A stretch of 64,000 bases of DNA from Cyanophora paradoxa CCMP329 (GCA_004431415.1 QPMI01000152.1:214351-278350), one strand, 5' to 3'. Shown: positions 1-12,587, counted from the first letter of the stretch. Translations and numbers: made by a program. The notes: a model not told the origin generated them from the letters alone.

Positions 1-3000
1 GGGCGAAGGGCATCTTCAGGGAGGGGGCCGCCGGCTGCCGCGCGAGCGCGGGGAGGTGCGGCGAGCTGTGCCGCCGCTCCACGGGCTTCGCGGAGGCGCG
101 AGGCGGGCCGCCGGCGGCGGCGGCCTTCGCCGGGGGAGCCCCAGGCGCAGGGCCCGTGGCGAAAGCGGCGGTGCTCCGGTCCCCATCGGAGCGGCCCCCG
201 GCGGCAGCGGCGGCCCTCGCCTCTTCCGCGGGACGGCTGCTCTCGCCGGCGGGGGCGGCAGCGTGGCGGGGCAGCTCAGGCCGGCCGCACTGCCAAGAAA
301 GAGCGCGTTAGGGGGCGCGACCCAGCCGCGGGCCGCCTCGCGCACGTCCGTCGGGCCCCGCGGCCTCCCGGCGGAGCCGGCGGCCTCGGCGGCGCCCGGA
401 GAGGCGGCGCTGCTCGAGCCGGGGGCGTCGCAGGGGCGGGAGAGAGCTCGTCGACCGCGAAGGCGGGCTGGGGCGGCACGGCAGCCGGCGCCGATGCCTC
501 GGCGTCGGCGGGCGGCGGAGGCGGAGCGGCAGAGTCCCCGGCGGGTGCGGGGAGGGAGGGAGCCGGCTCGTCAGAGGGACGGAGGCTGCCGGAGGAGGAG
601 GTGGAGGGGTCGGAGGCGGGGAGGAGGGAGAGGGGGGCGGGGGGCTCGAGGGGCGGGAGGGGGACAGAGGCGGGGCGGGCGGCGGCGGGGAGGGCCGCCT
701 CGGGGACGAGGGCGGCAGCCGCCGCTGGACCCGAGGGAGCAGCGCTGGCAGCAGCCTCCACGTCGGGGGCCAGAGGGGGCGCCGCCTCCCCGACGGAGGC
801 CTCCGGGGCGGGGCCGGGGCCGGGGGTGGGGCGGGGCGGCGAGGCCTCAAAGGTTGCGAGCTCGTCATCGTGCAGCTCGTGAAAGTGGTAGCGCGGGCCT
901 GCGCCCGCCCGCCCCGGCCTCAGAAGAGAGGGCGGCGGCGGGAGGGCGGCGGAGCGGGGGGGAGGCGCGCCGGAGAGCTCCATGTTCTGCGTGAGGAAGG
1001 GCACGTCGTCCACGTCGCCCAGCCCGCCGTGGTCCACGGGGCCCAGGCCCGGCGACTGCCGCCGGTCACGCCGGGGGGCGGGCGGGGCGGGCGGGGAGGG
1101 CGGACCATGGTGGGCAGCGAGAACTCCGGCGTGTGCGACGGTCCCGCCCCGAACCCGTTGTCCGAGTGCTGCGTCGCTGCCGGCTTGGACGGCGTCGCTT
1201 CCGCCTCGTCAGCGTGCGGCTCCTCGCCCGCTCCCGGCTCCGCCTCCGCCTCCGCCTCCACTGCCCTCGCCCCCGCCTCTTCGCCCGCCAAGTCCTTCGC
1301 CTCCTGCCGCGGGGTCTCCTCGAATTCGTGCTCCTCGGCGCGCCTCTCGGGCATCGGAGTGGCCCCTCCCGCGGTGGCGGCTGCCGACGAAGCGGCCGAG
1401 GCCGGGGGCGAAGAGGGACTGCGGAAGAGCGTGATGGGCAAAACTGGGAGGCAGGTCGAGCGGGAGCGGGGCCGCACCGGAGGCTGCTTGGCGGGGCGGG
1501 CGTCGCGTGCCCGCAGGACTCGTCGTCTCGCACGAGGTCGCTGAGGGATTGGCGCCGGCCGGGCGTCGCGGCGCCCAGCGTGGCGACGGCCGACGAGGAT
1601 GTGGAGGCGGCGGGCGAGGCCGGCCTGCAGATCCGTCAGCGGCGCGGGGCTGGAAATCCGAGAGACGGCGGAAGGCGGCGCACTGGACTGGGGAACTCCC
1701 CGCGGACGAGACGATCACCATGGGTCTGCACGGAGGCTTACATGCGGCGGCGCCGGCGCCGCTTGAACAGACGCACTGGGGAGACTGCGCGGCGGTCCGG
1801 GCGGCCGGCGGGTGGGCGGCCGGCGAGCGGGCGGTGGGCGAGCGGGCGGTGGGCGAGCGGGCAGCGGGCGAGCGCGCCGGAGCGCCGAGTGAGCGGGCGA
1901 CGCCACGGTCCGGGGTTTGAGCCGCCGTCGGCCTCAGGGGCGTGGCGGGCGGGGAAGGCCCCGCGGCGGCCCCCGGCGCTGGAGCCGGCGAAGGGCGGCG
2001 GGCTCCCGGGGACTTGGCGACCGGGGACAGCGCGGCGGCGGGGCGGGCGCCCTCGTCGGCGTCGCCGGCGTCGCTGGCGGCGTAGTCCTCGCCCAGGCTG
2101 CGGATCATCTCCGACGTCTCCTCGTCCGCGTACGGCCCTGCCGCGCGCCTCAGCGCCCGCTGCAGACCGGCGGAGCGGGGCCTCGGGCTCGGGGGGCGCT
2201 CACCGCGAGCGACGCATGGGGAGGCGAGCCCGCCCTCCTCGTCGCTGGCGCCCGCTTCATCCTCCTCCTCCTCCTCGACCGCCCTCTCCGCCCCCCGCAC
2301 GACAGCGGCGGCGGTAGCAGCGACGGCGGCGGCGGCGACGGCGGCGGCGGCGGCGCCCGTGCTGCTCGCCACGGAGACCACCACCACGGAGGCCGCCGCT
2401 AAGCAGGCGGCGCCCGCGGCTGACGCAGCGGCCGGCACCGCCGGCGCGAGGTTCGGTGCCGTGACTTTCGCTGGCTCGTGCTGAATGCCCGGAGCAGCGC
2501 CGACGCCTGCGGGCGGTCAGGAAGGCATACGGGGATCTCGAGGCTGCTGTGCGCACTGGGCTCAGACTCTGGGACCGCTCCCTGCGACTCCGAGGAGCCA
2601 GAAGAGGCCGCCAGCGGCACAAGCTGCACGGCCGCCGGTTGGACCGCTGAGAGCGGACGAGGGGCGCGGAGAAGCTCGCACCTTGGGCGACTCGCTGTCT
2701 GCGCCGCCGGCCCGTGCAGACGCATCCGCGCTGGCGCCCTGCGGCCGGCACGCTTACATGCGTGTGGAATTCGAGCGAGGACGAAAAGGGGGCGAACCGA
2801 GACAGCGACGGCCACCGGAATGGGGGACGGCGGCCGGGGGGCCGAGGGCGCGGGCGCGGGCGAGGCAGGACGCCCGTCCGCTCGGCTGGCGGCCCGCGTC
2901 TGCCTCCGGTCGGCGTGCGGCGGCTGGGCGGAGGACCGCGACGGGCCAGGGGCAGGGGCTCCCTCTTCGGTGCGCTTGCTCGGGGGTACCGTTTGCGGGC

Positions 3001-4436
3001 GGGCCGAGGGGCCGGGGGCAGGCGGGGCTGACGAAGCAGGCGCGGCAGGGGCGGCGGGGGCCGTGGGCTTCCGGCGGTCGCGGGGGAAGATGAGGAGGGT
3101 CCGTCTTTCGGGCTCGTCGGACCCCTGGAAGCCCGCATTGATGGAAGTGGCGAATGGCCGGCGATACGAGAACTGCTGCGGGGGCTCGCGCGGGCCCCGC
3201 GGCCGGCTCTGCTCCGCCGGCGCCCCGCCCTGCTCCTGCTGCTCCTGCTGTGCCGCGTGAGGCACGGGCGCGGGGGCGTCCCTGGCATCGGCATGGACTG
3301 CAGCTTCGCGGGCCGCTGGCGGCTGCTCCTTGCGCGGCTTCTGGCGCTGGCTGCTGCTGGGGCCTGCCTCAGGCGGCAGGTCCGCCTCAGCGGCCGCGGG
3401 CCCCTCCTGCCCGCCAGCATCAGCAGACCGCTTGCGAGCCTTGGCGGCCGATGTCGCCGCTGCTGCGGTGCGCTTCGAGGCTGCGCGCGGCTCTACCCTC
3501 TCTGCAGCCGGCTCTTGCTGTTGCGCGCCGCGGCCCGCTCTTCCCGGGCGGCGAGCGGGCTGGGCCGCTGCTGCCGGGGCGCGAGACGGAGTGCTGCTGG
3601 GGCCTGCAGGCGCTGAACCGCCCGCGGGCGCGACGCCGTCGTCATCCTCGTCGAGGTCGGGCACAGCCGCCGCCGCGGCCCTTGTGGCGCTCCTCGACGA
3701 CGCACCCGCAGGGGCGGCGGGCGGCTCTTTCGGAAGCGTTGCTTCGTCATCATCACTCTGCCCCCCGCTGCGCGCCTGCGGCTTGGATCGGAGGTGTCGT
3801 TTCCCCGCTCTGGCGTCCGGTTCTGCGTGCGGTGACGCGCACCGGCATGATCAGATAGCCGTAAAATAGACTAAAACGAACACGCGGGCACCGCTCTCCG
3901 TCTCCTCCCCGTGAAAAACGCGATTGATGCTGTTGATGATTGATTCCGCCTCCTCCGAGTCGGCGGGCAGCCGTCGCTCCTGCGCCAAGCCGTTCAAGCG
4001 AGCGCGCATACGTCTATGGCACCGCTCCAAGCACAGCACGGCATCGAAAGGCGCGACGCAGGCGGGAAGCGGTGCGGGGGCACGCACGAATTTGAACTGG
4101 AAGCGCTGCGGAGGGCGCTTCTTGCCCTTTTGTGGAGTAGAGCCTTCCGAGACGGCGTATTCAATGACGCAGCCGGCGAATCCGATCTGCGAGGGTCGGA
4201 GCGCGGTTGGGAGCGCGTTCGTCGTGCGACTCGCTTCTGCAGCGCGCACCGCATTCCGCGTGCTCTCTTCGATGACATACTCCTGTAGAGCCCCCGTGCG
4301 TGAGAGGAGCCGCACGACCGTCTGCGGCGCGGGCCGTCAAGCGGCGCCTGGCGCCGCAAGCGCGCTGCGCGCTCACGCTTGTGAGCTCCGCGACGAGCGC
4401 CCGCTGCCGCGTCGGCTCGTTCGGCTTCCGCGCCAT
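1..4436 (-). CDS. Hypothetical multi-exon protein: small globular N-terminus followed by a long Ala/Pro/Ser/Glu-rich disordered region; 3' end probably lies outside the window
   Basis: ATG at 4436 after AAAACAA. GT-AG splicing gives MARKPNEPTRQRALVAELTS|TVVRLLSRTGALQEYVIEESTRNA|IGFAGCVIEYAV... Downstream minus-strand ORFs (3664-2399, 2438-1209, 1477-920, 1037-276) read as protein-like low-complexity sequence. No family recognised. Confidence 0.5.
1822..1874. repeat. 15-bp tandem repeat (GGCGAGCGGGCGGTG, ~3.5 copies) encoding ARSP[T/A] on the minus strand
   Basis: Repeat visible directly; translates to ARSPAARSPTARSPTARSPAA. Confidence 0.7.
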
Positions 4437-4512
4437 TTGTTTTTCTTCTGGACGGGTACGGCACATCGGTTGCATCAGCAGTGGGGAAGCTGCGCGCTGG
4501 ATTGATGCGGCC

Positions 4513-7370
4513 ATGTCTCCCTCGCGGGGCCACGTCCCTTTACTCTGTGTGCTGTGTCGTGCCAACTTCCAGGACCGGGTCACTCACTTGTCGAGGTTCG
4601 TGCTGCTTGTGAAGTGACGTATCTCGCTGACCGCGCGCCGCGCGCCGCAACGCTGATTTGGCCGCAACGGTGTAGATGCGTAAATTGCGGGAGCCACATA
4701 GTGATCTTCGGTAAGTACGTGGCTACCGAGAATCTGTTCTCAAGGGCGGTGCGCGCCGCCCCTGCGCTTGCTGCCTTGCGCAAACGATCTGAAAGCATCA
4801 CCGCGCGCTCCTGACAGCGGGAAAACCGGGCGTTCCACTTCTCGTGCCGGGAGCTGGAGGAGCCTCCGGCCTTGACGCCTGGCACTCAACTGACGATGCG
4901 CTTCATCAACGTCCACAGCGACACGACAGCGGAGGACTGGTGCAAAGCTTTGCAAAGGATAAACGAGGCGGCAGCGGCTGGAGAGGCGGGGAGGCACCTG
5001 CACCCCATTCGCCAGATCGGGGTCCTTTCGAGCCCCTCCGGGAGCGTGCGGGGCGTCTGCTGCGTCCAGGAGCACTTCGACGGGCCTTCGCTGCGGATGC
5101 TGGGGGAGGCTGCGCAGGCGCGGGGGCGATGCAGCCTCCCCGCGATCCTCATCCGCTGCATGCTAGCGGGGGCCCTCGCGTCCCTCAGCGCGTGGCACGA
5201 TCTCTCCATATCGCACGGCTTCATCTCCAGGCACTGCTCCGTGCTGCGCATGCCCGGCGCCTGCTTCACGCTGCACGCGGCGCGGCGCATCAACCTGTGG
5301 GACTCGGCCAGGGCGAGCGTCAGAAAGCAGCGCGACACGATCCTCCACAGCGATCTGCACGACGCAGGAAAGCTTGCGGTGCGCAGGCGCGCGCTTCGCC
5401 CCGCCGGGGCGCCGCGCGACGCCCCCCCGCGCCGCAGATCTTCTCGGCGTGCTTCGCGCTGACGGCGACGACGAAGTACAACGCGCGGGAGAAGACGCGG
5501 GCGCTCTTCGGGCCGGGCCCCGCCTCGCCGTTCGGGCCCCGGGGGGACCCCGTCCTCCTCGAGACCGTCCTCCGCCTCCTCCCCGCCCCCAGCGCCCCCT
5601 TCGTCCCCGCCCCCGCCGCCACCGCCGCCGCCGCCGAGGCGCCCCAGGGCGAAGGCGAGCCGCGCGACGCCGAGGGCCCCGCGGGGGAGGCGGGCGCGCC
5701 GGCCGGGGCCGGGGCGGGGACGCGGCCCCCTTCACGTCAGCGCGGGAGGCGCTGGAGTTCCTCCTGCGGGCGGCGCAGGAGGAGGGGGCGCCCCTGCCCT
5801 CGCCCCCGGGCACCCTCCCGCCGCTGCCGCCCCCGGAGGCCCTCCACGAGGAGTCGCCCGCCTCGTACGCCAGCTTCCAGGCGGCGCCCCGGCCCGCCCC
5901 GGGGCCCCTCTCCGACGCCGAGCGCCGCGCCGCCGACGAGGCCGCCGCCGCCGCCGCGATCGTCGCCGCCGCCCTCGCCGAGCCGGCCGAGCCGCTGCCG
6001 GGCTCCTCCGCCTCCTTCGCCACCACCGCGCCGCCCCTGGGCCGGCCTACCCCCGCTCCTCGCCGATGACGCCGCCGCTGCCGCCGCTCACGCCGGCCCG
6101 CTCCGTCTCGGCGACGCGCTCCCTCTCCTCCTCCTCCGTCTCCTGCATCTCCTCGGCCTCCTTCTCCTCGGCCTCCGCCCTCGCCGCCGCCCCGCACGTC
6201 GCCTCCGTCCGCCAGTGCGCCCCGCCCCGCCCCGCCCGCCGCTCCGCTCCGCGCCGCGCCGCCCCCGCCGACGCGCGCGCCGCAGGGTCTGCTGCCTCTA
6301 CTGCGACACGCCGCGGCCGCTGGAGCCCGGGGAGCAGCCCGAGCTGCTCGAGTGCGGCAACTGCGGGGCCGCCCCCGGGGAGGCCTGCCCCTTCGCCCTG
6401 CCCCCGCCCCGCTTCCGCTTCGTGGCCACGGAGCGGCTCTCGCACGGGGCCTTCGGGGTGACCTACCGGGGGGTGGACCTGCTCTTCGGGAACGCGGTCG
6501 TCCTCAAGAAGTTCCACCCGAACGCGCGCTTCGCCCCCGAGGAGGTCCGCTACGCGCGCCTCAAGTTCCAGGACGAGGGCCAGGTCCTCTCCCGCCTCAA
6601 GCACCCCGGCATCCCCCTCGTCCTCGACCTCGCCGCCATCCCCCCGCACCCGCCCCCGGCCCCCGACGGGCCCGAGGCGCCCCCGCTCCCCGTCCTCGTC
6701 ATGGAGCACATCGACGGGGAGGACCTGGGGGCCCTCGTGCGGCGCCAGCCGGCGCTCTTCACGGGGCAGGAGTCCCTCCGCCTCCTCGCCGACGCCTTCT
6801 CCGCCCTCCAGCACATGCACGAGCGCGCGCCGCCGATCATCCACCGGGACGTGCAGCCGGGGAACATCGTGCGGCGGCGGCGGCCGCAGGGGGACGGCGC
6901 GACGTACGCCCTCGTCGACTTCGGGCTCTCCAAGGTGGTGGACAGCTTCAGCCAGCACAGCTACATCAAGCTGGGGACGGACTTCGCGCCGCCGGAGATC
7001 CTGCTGCGGGGCCCCGTGGGCCCCCCCGCCGACGTCTACAGCCTCGCCGCCACCGTCGTCGCCCTCGCCCACGGCGACGCCCGGCCCTCCCCCGCCGAGG
7101 ACGAGGACTGCCCCAGCATGGCCCGCCCCCGCCCCCGCCCCCGCCCGCCCGCCGCCCCCGCCCCTGCTGATCGCCCCCGGCCCCGCGCAGTTCCTGCGGC
7201 TGCTGGAGGAGGACCGGGAGCGGGGCCTGCTGCCACCCGACCTCTGCGAGATCCTCGCCGCCTGCCTCGGGCCCCGCAACGCCCGCCCCACCGCCGCCGC
7301 CGCCCTCGAGCGCCTCCGGCCCCTCCTCCCCGCCCCGCCCCCCTTCGACCGCCCCCCGTCGCCCTCCTGA
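4513..7370 (+). CDS. Ser/Thr protein kinase: Zn-ribbon + pseudokinase, linker, Zn-ribbon + Pkn2-type (bacterial-like) kinase domain
   Basis: ATG 4513; introns 4596-4675, 4749-4817, ~5379-5437, 6215-6285, 7121-7190 (GC-AG); TGA 7368-7370. Kinase motifs: LSHGAFGVTY, VVLKKF, HPGIP, LVMEHIDG, PPIIHRDVQPGN, LVDFG, FAPPE, ADVYSLA. The linker needs two frame changes (~5720 and ~6066). Confidence 0.8.
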
Positions 7371-7605
7371 CACCACGCGCTCGGCGTCTGAGCCCCCCCT
7401 TTTTCTTGTAGAATTCGCGTCTTTCTTTCGTGTAGATCATGTAGAATTCTTGCAGTAAGCTGCTTCTTTCGTGCGAGGTCGTCATCAGATCGTAGCATAG
7501 GTAGTCTAGCCCGCGCAGTTGTAACCGCCCCTCGTTCTTTTTGTCCGTCCGTGCGAATTAGTTTCAATAGATTAAGTATACCTGGCGAGACACCGCGGGC
7601 GCGCG

Positions 7606-9929
7606 CTAGGCGGTGCCCCCGCTGATCTCGCCCATGGAGGGGAACTTGGGGGGGTCCCCGTACTCCTCCTTCTTCTTCGGGGCCTTCGCCTTCTTCCCCT
7701 TCTTCTTGTCCTCGCCGAGGTACCCGTACCGCTCGGCCGCCTCCTTCTGCACCTCGTACCCCTTCTTGATCGCGCGGAAGGGCGCCTGCACGGCGCTCTG
7801 CGCCGCGCCGGCCACGAAGCCTCCCGCGCGCAGCGGGACCTCGTGCGCGTGCTTCGCCGCGTACTCCTGCGCGCGTCGGCGTCAGCCGCGCGCGGGCCCG
7901 CGGCTCAGGAGGGTGCGGACGGCAGCGTGACCGGCGTTCTTCCCCATGTAGATCTAGCGCGGGGCGGCCCTCACGCGGGGGCGGCGCGAGGGCGGGGCGG
8001 GGGGGGGGCGGGAAGGGCGCACCGCGGCGCGGGCGGGCCCGTGCACGAGCGTGTCGGCGATGTACCGGTCCTGCGACGACACCGTCGGGCGAGGCGGGAG
8101 GGAAGAGAGCGGCGGAGGCGCGGGGGCGAGAAAGGGGCGCACGGTCTCTGTGAGGGGACAGCGGTGGTTGGCGAAGATGCGCCAGGCGGCGACGAAGATC
8201 TCGCGCTCCTCGACTGTGCGCGCCCGCAGCCGCAGCCGCTGCCCGCCCAGCTGCAGGATGACGTCCCGCAGGCCGCCCTCCCGCGGCGGCACCTCCACGA
8301 TGCGCGTGTTCTCGTACTCTGCCGGCCGGCCCCGCCCGCGTCGGGCGCCGGCGCGGGCCGGCCCTCCCCCAAGGGCCCGGTAAAGGCGGACCGGCCTTGA
8401 GGTCGGACTGGACGTCGCGGGTCTCGGAGGCGATGCGGACGAAGACGTAGCGGACCAGCTTGATCTCCACGGGCCGCGCCGCCCGCCCCTCCTCCACCAG
8501 CACGAACTGCACGAAGAGCATCTTCCCCTTCTCCCAGTCTGCCCGCCCGTCTCCAGTGAGCGGCGCGGCGCCCGCGCGCGGAGGGCGGGCGTACACTTCT
8601 GGACCTTCGCGACGACCGCGTCCTCTGCGGGGGAGGGGCGCGCCTCAGCGGGGCGCCTCCTCGGCGGGCGGGGCCCGGGGCGCGCTCGAGGCGGACCCCA
8701 GGGGACGGGCCCGACGCGGGCCGCCTCGCGCTTCTCGCCGCGGATGTCGGCCTCGAGCTCCGCGCCCATGTCCTCCGCCCGCACCGCGTAGCTCGCCTCC
8801 GTCGCCCCTGCCGCGGCCCGCCCCGCGCTCGGCCCGGGGGAAGGGGCCACGGGGCCCGCGGGGCGCGCACCGGGGATGGCGTAGCGGCCGCCCTTGCGGA
8901 GGCGGTACCACTGGACCGAGGCGCCCTGGGGTACGACGGCGCGCACGACCGAGCCGAGCCGCGCGTCGCCGATGACGCTGCCCGAGGAGCCCTGCGCGCG
9001 GGGCCGTCGGGCCGGGCGAGGCGGAGCCCGGGCGGCGGGGCGCGGGGCGGCGCACGAAGAGCGAGGCGATGGAAGCCCAGAGCCCGGCGAAGATGCCCAC
9101 GCTCGGATCCTCGGGAATGCTCAGGGGCGTCCCCCGCATCGACCGCACGCTCGGCAGCGGCCCGGGGGCGGACGTCGACGCCGGCGCGGGGCTCGCCCCG
9201 CGGGGCGGCATCGGCGTGGGGACGATGTCGGTCGGGGCGCTGCGGAAGCACGCGAAGAATCCCCCGCTGCTCTCGCCGTCCACCTCGCTCGCCGGGCGCT
9301 CGTGCAGGCGGAACCCGTTTGGCGGGCTCCGCAGGCCCCGCGTGAAGAACGCCGCCGCCTGCGCGGCGTGAGCTGCGAAGAGAGGCTGGAGTGAGAAATC
9401 CCAAGACGAGCCTCGTTGGTGCGCAGCCTGCCGAGCGCAAGGGGACGCGTTAGCCTGGCACCGGCCCGGTGCGGGCTGGAGCGGGAGGGGGCCTCGCCTG
9501 TTGGAGAGCTCGATAAGCTCATCGCGGGGACTCTTCCGCTTGGAGATCTGTCTCGCGACGTTAGCCAGGGGTGGGAGCGGCGGGCGGGCCCGTGGCGGGC
9601 GGGCGCGCCTCGTGCGAAAGCAACGAGAGCATGTCGCCGTACGCGAGGCTGGGTCCGTCGTGCATAGGGCGCACGCGCAGATGCAGCTTCTCTATCTTCT
9701 TTTTAAGCTTGATCGGGGAGACGCGGTCGGGCTCCACTCCCTTCACTGCAGCAACGACATCCTGGGCCGAAACGACCCAGCCATCCGCAACGAGCACCGC
9801 CCGGATGCTCCCGATGCCGATAACTTCAAGCTGCGCGTAAAAGCAGAGCTTCAGCCCACACGCAACGCGCCAGCCTGCCCTGTTGCCCGCTGGTCGGGCT
9901 TGACGGTTGGACCCGCCCATAACGTCCAT
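7606..9929 (-). CDS. Protein with a fused Ig-like + PH domain (SCAB1/AIR9-A9-like); start uncertain
   Basis: Spliced exons give ...GDARLGSVVRAVVPQGASVQWYRLRKGGRYAIPGA..TEASYAVRAEDMGAELEADI... then ...LRLRARTVEEREIFVAAWRIFA; ends PSMGEISGGTA*. Several GC-AG introns link it to exons at 9830-9610. Confidence 0.6.
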
Positions 9930-10498
9930 GAGCGACTGGGCTCACACGGCGGCTCCATGCTAGCCCGCAGCAAGAAGAGAAGCAACACGCACTGTCGACA
10001 TGGCCGCGGGTGCAAGCCGTCAGGGGAGGACGGGCCGAGCGCTTGAGTCCACTATAACCTGGTAGCTGAGTGCTGCTTGACCTAGGCCTGAGCTCCTGGA
10101 TTGCTGGAGCTCGAGCCGCTGGCACTAGCCCGTGCTGACTTGAAAAAAACAGCTGAGCCGGGCGTGAAACTTCGACTTCAGCAACTGGAGAACCTCGGTT
10201 CGGATCCCGCTGGAACACTTGTCCGAGCGCGCTCGCCCTGCTCTTTCTAGCGCAGCCTGTACGGCGTAAGCGCCGGATTCGGCCTGCAGACGTGTCGTAG
10301 CTAGTGCGCAAGCGCACAGGCGAGTCCAAGCGCACACAGACCGCGCGGCCGCTAGCGACGAGCTCGGCGCAAGCCTTCTCGGCTTCAGCACGTCGCTTGC
10401 GCATCTTAGGCGCCTAGGAAGCTCCCCGCCTCGGCGATCCCTCGGAAGCGATCTCGACTGGCTTCTCTTCCCCCGTGCAGCTCGTCTGTCGCAGCGGG

Positions 10499-12535
10499 AT
10501 GAAAGTCAAGACGATATCTAGAGTAGAGGAGGAGGCAACGAAGGAGCGGAAGTCCGATCTACAGAAAGTGCAGCGCAACATCGACCCGCTCCTTCATCCC
10601 TTCGAGCGGGCGCGCGAGTACACGCGCGCTCTCAACGCAGCGAAGCTCGAGAAGGTGATCGTGGCTGCCCGATCTCCTCGGCCGCGCTCTCTCGTCGCCG
10701 ACGCGCGCTCGAAACAGGTCTTCGCGAAACCGTTCATACAAGCGCTTGCTGGCCACTCGGATGGCGTGTTTTGCATGGCAAAGAACCCCACACAGATTTC
10801 GCAAATCATATCTGGAAGCTGCGACGGCGGTCCGCTTTGTGTGTTACGTTCCACGACCCTGCACTGACTCACGCCTCGCGGCAGAGCTGCGGATATGGAG
10901 CCTCTCTCACAGGTGTATAGTCTGCAAGACTTTTTTGGTGATCGTTAAATACTTACGGTCTGCTTAATGCAGCAAATGTACATGGCGAGTGAACGCGCAC
11001 TCGGGCTTCGTCAGGGGCGTTGCAGTTTCTAGGAGAGGCGAGTACCTGGTGTCTTGTGGCGACGACAAGACGGTGAAGCTGTGGGGTCTGAGCGACATCG
11101 GTGCTCCTGAGGGCGAGCAAGAGGAAGTGGGCGACGAGGTCCTCTCCCCCTGTCCCCTCTATTGGCTAGTCCAAGCTGACTGGTGCGCTTCCAGCCCGCT
11201 GACACCTACTTCTCCAAGACGATGTTGCTGTGAGTTTCGCTTGTGTCTCTTTCAAAGCTTTAGCTTTTTGCTCACACCCAGCATAGGGGCATCGACCATC
11301 ACTGGAAGGAGCCTTCGTTTGCAACGTGTGGCACACAGGTTGATCTCTGGGACCACAACAGGCGAGCGTGCTTTCCTTGACTTTTTGGGCCTCGCGTGAT
11401 CTTGCAAACAGATCGGAGCCGACGGCAACCTTCTCTTGGGGGGCAGAATCAGTGACTAGCATCAAGTACAACCCTGTTGAGACCCAGATCCTTGCAAGCA
11501 CAGGCAGCGACAGGAACATCACTCTCTACGACGTGCGGTCGCAGACGGCTCTTCGGAAGCTCACCATGCAGGTTTGTCCTGCATCTCTCCTCATCAGTGT
11601 CATCGACCTGACATTGTTATCAAAGATGCGGACGAACACAATAGCCTGGAATCCTATGGAGGCATTTAACTTCGTTGCTGTGCGCAACTTCTTATCTTTC
11701 ATGCTTGCTCCATGGGCTGACAGACTCTGAAGGCGAACGAGGATCACAATCTGTATACGTATGACATGAGGAAGCTCAACATGGCCCTCTGTGTCCACAA
11801 GGACCACGTCTCTGCAGTGTAAGCAGTTGCCTTGAGACATGCAGGCGCTCTTCATTGATTTTGACACAGACTGGATGTCGATTTCTCGCCAACTGGGCGG
11901 GAGTTTGTCTCTGGCTCCTATGACAGGACGCTTCGAATCTACAATTTCAACGAGGGCCACAGTCGAGAGGTCTACTTCACGAAGCGCATGCAAAGGTTTG
12001 TTTGCTTTGCTTTTGCTTTTGTCCCGGATTTTAGCATCGTCTTGACTCTGCTGCAGGATTTTCGCTGTGAAGTACAGCATGGACTCGAAGTATGTCCTCT
12101 CTGCAAGTGATGATATGAACATCCGCCTGTGGAAGGCGAACGCTGCTGAGCAGCTTGGCGTGGTCCGTAACTCACTGTTAATGTCCCCGTAGCTTTCCAA
12201 AAGCTTAATGTTAACCGTTATCTCTACAGCTTTTGCCACGAGAGAAGGCCAAATCCGAGTACCAGGCCGCCCTCAAGGACCGTTACAAGTACCTTCCCGA
12301 GATTCGGAAGGTTATCAGGTTCGACTCTTCCTCCTTGCACCCACAGCCTTCCCTTTGCTGATGTGCTTGCAGGAGCAAGCACGTTCCCAAGGCCATCCAC
12401 AAGGCGGCCCAGACCAAGGACTCCATCAAGAAGGCCCAGCAGGTTAAGGAGAAGCGTGTGCGGGCCCATTCTGCCCCCGATTCCATTCCCCACCCGCCCG
12501 ACCGCAAGAAGCGCATCGTCGCCATCACAGAGTAG
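10499..12535 (+). CDS. DCAF13: DDB1- and CUL4-associated factor 13 / Sof1 (WD40, U3 snoRNP)
   Basis: MKVKTISR...HPFERAREYTRALNAAKLEK|VFAKPF, WNPMEAFNF, ANEDHNLYTYDMR, EVYFTKRMQ, SDDMNIRLWKANA; about 12 short introns; TAG 12533-12535. Confidence 0.96.
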
Positions 12536-12587
12536 TTGCCGGCGTCATTTTACAATTAATATTCCGAAGGCCTGCTGCATTGGTGCC

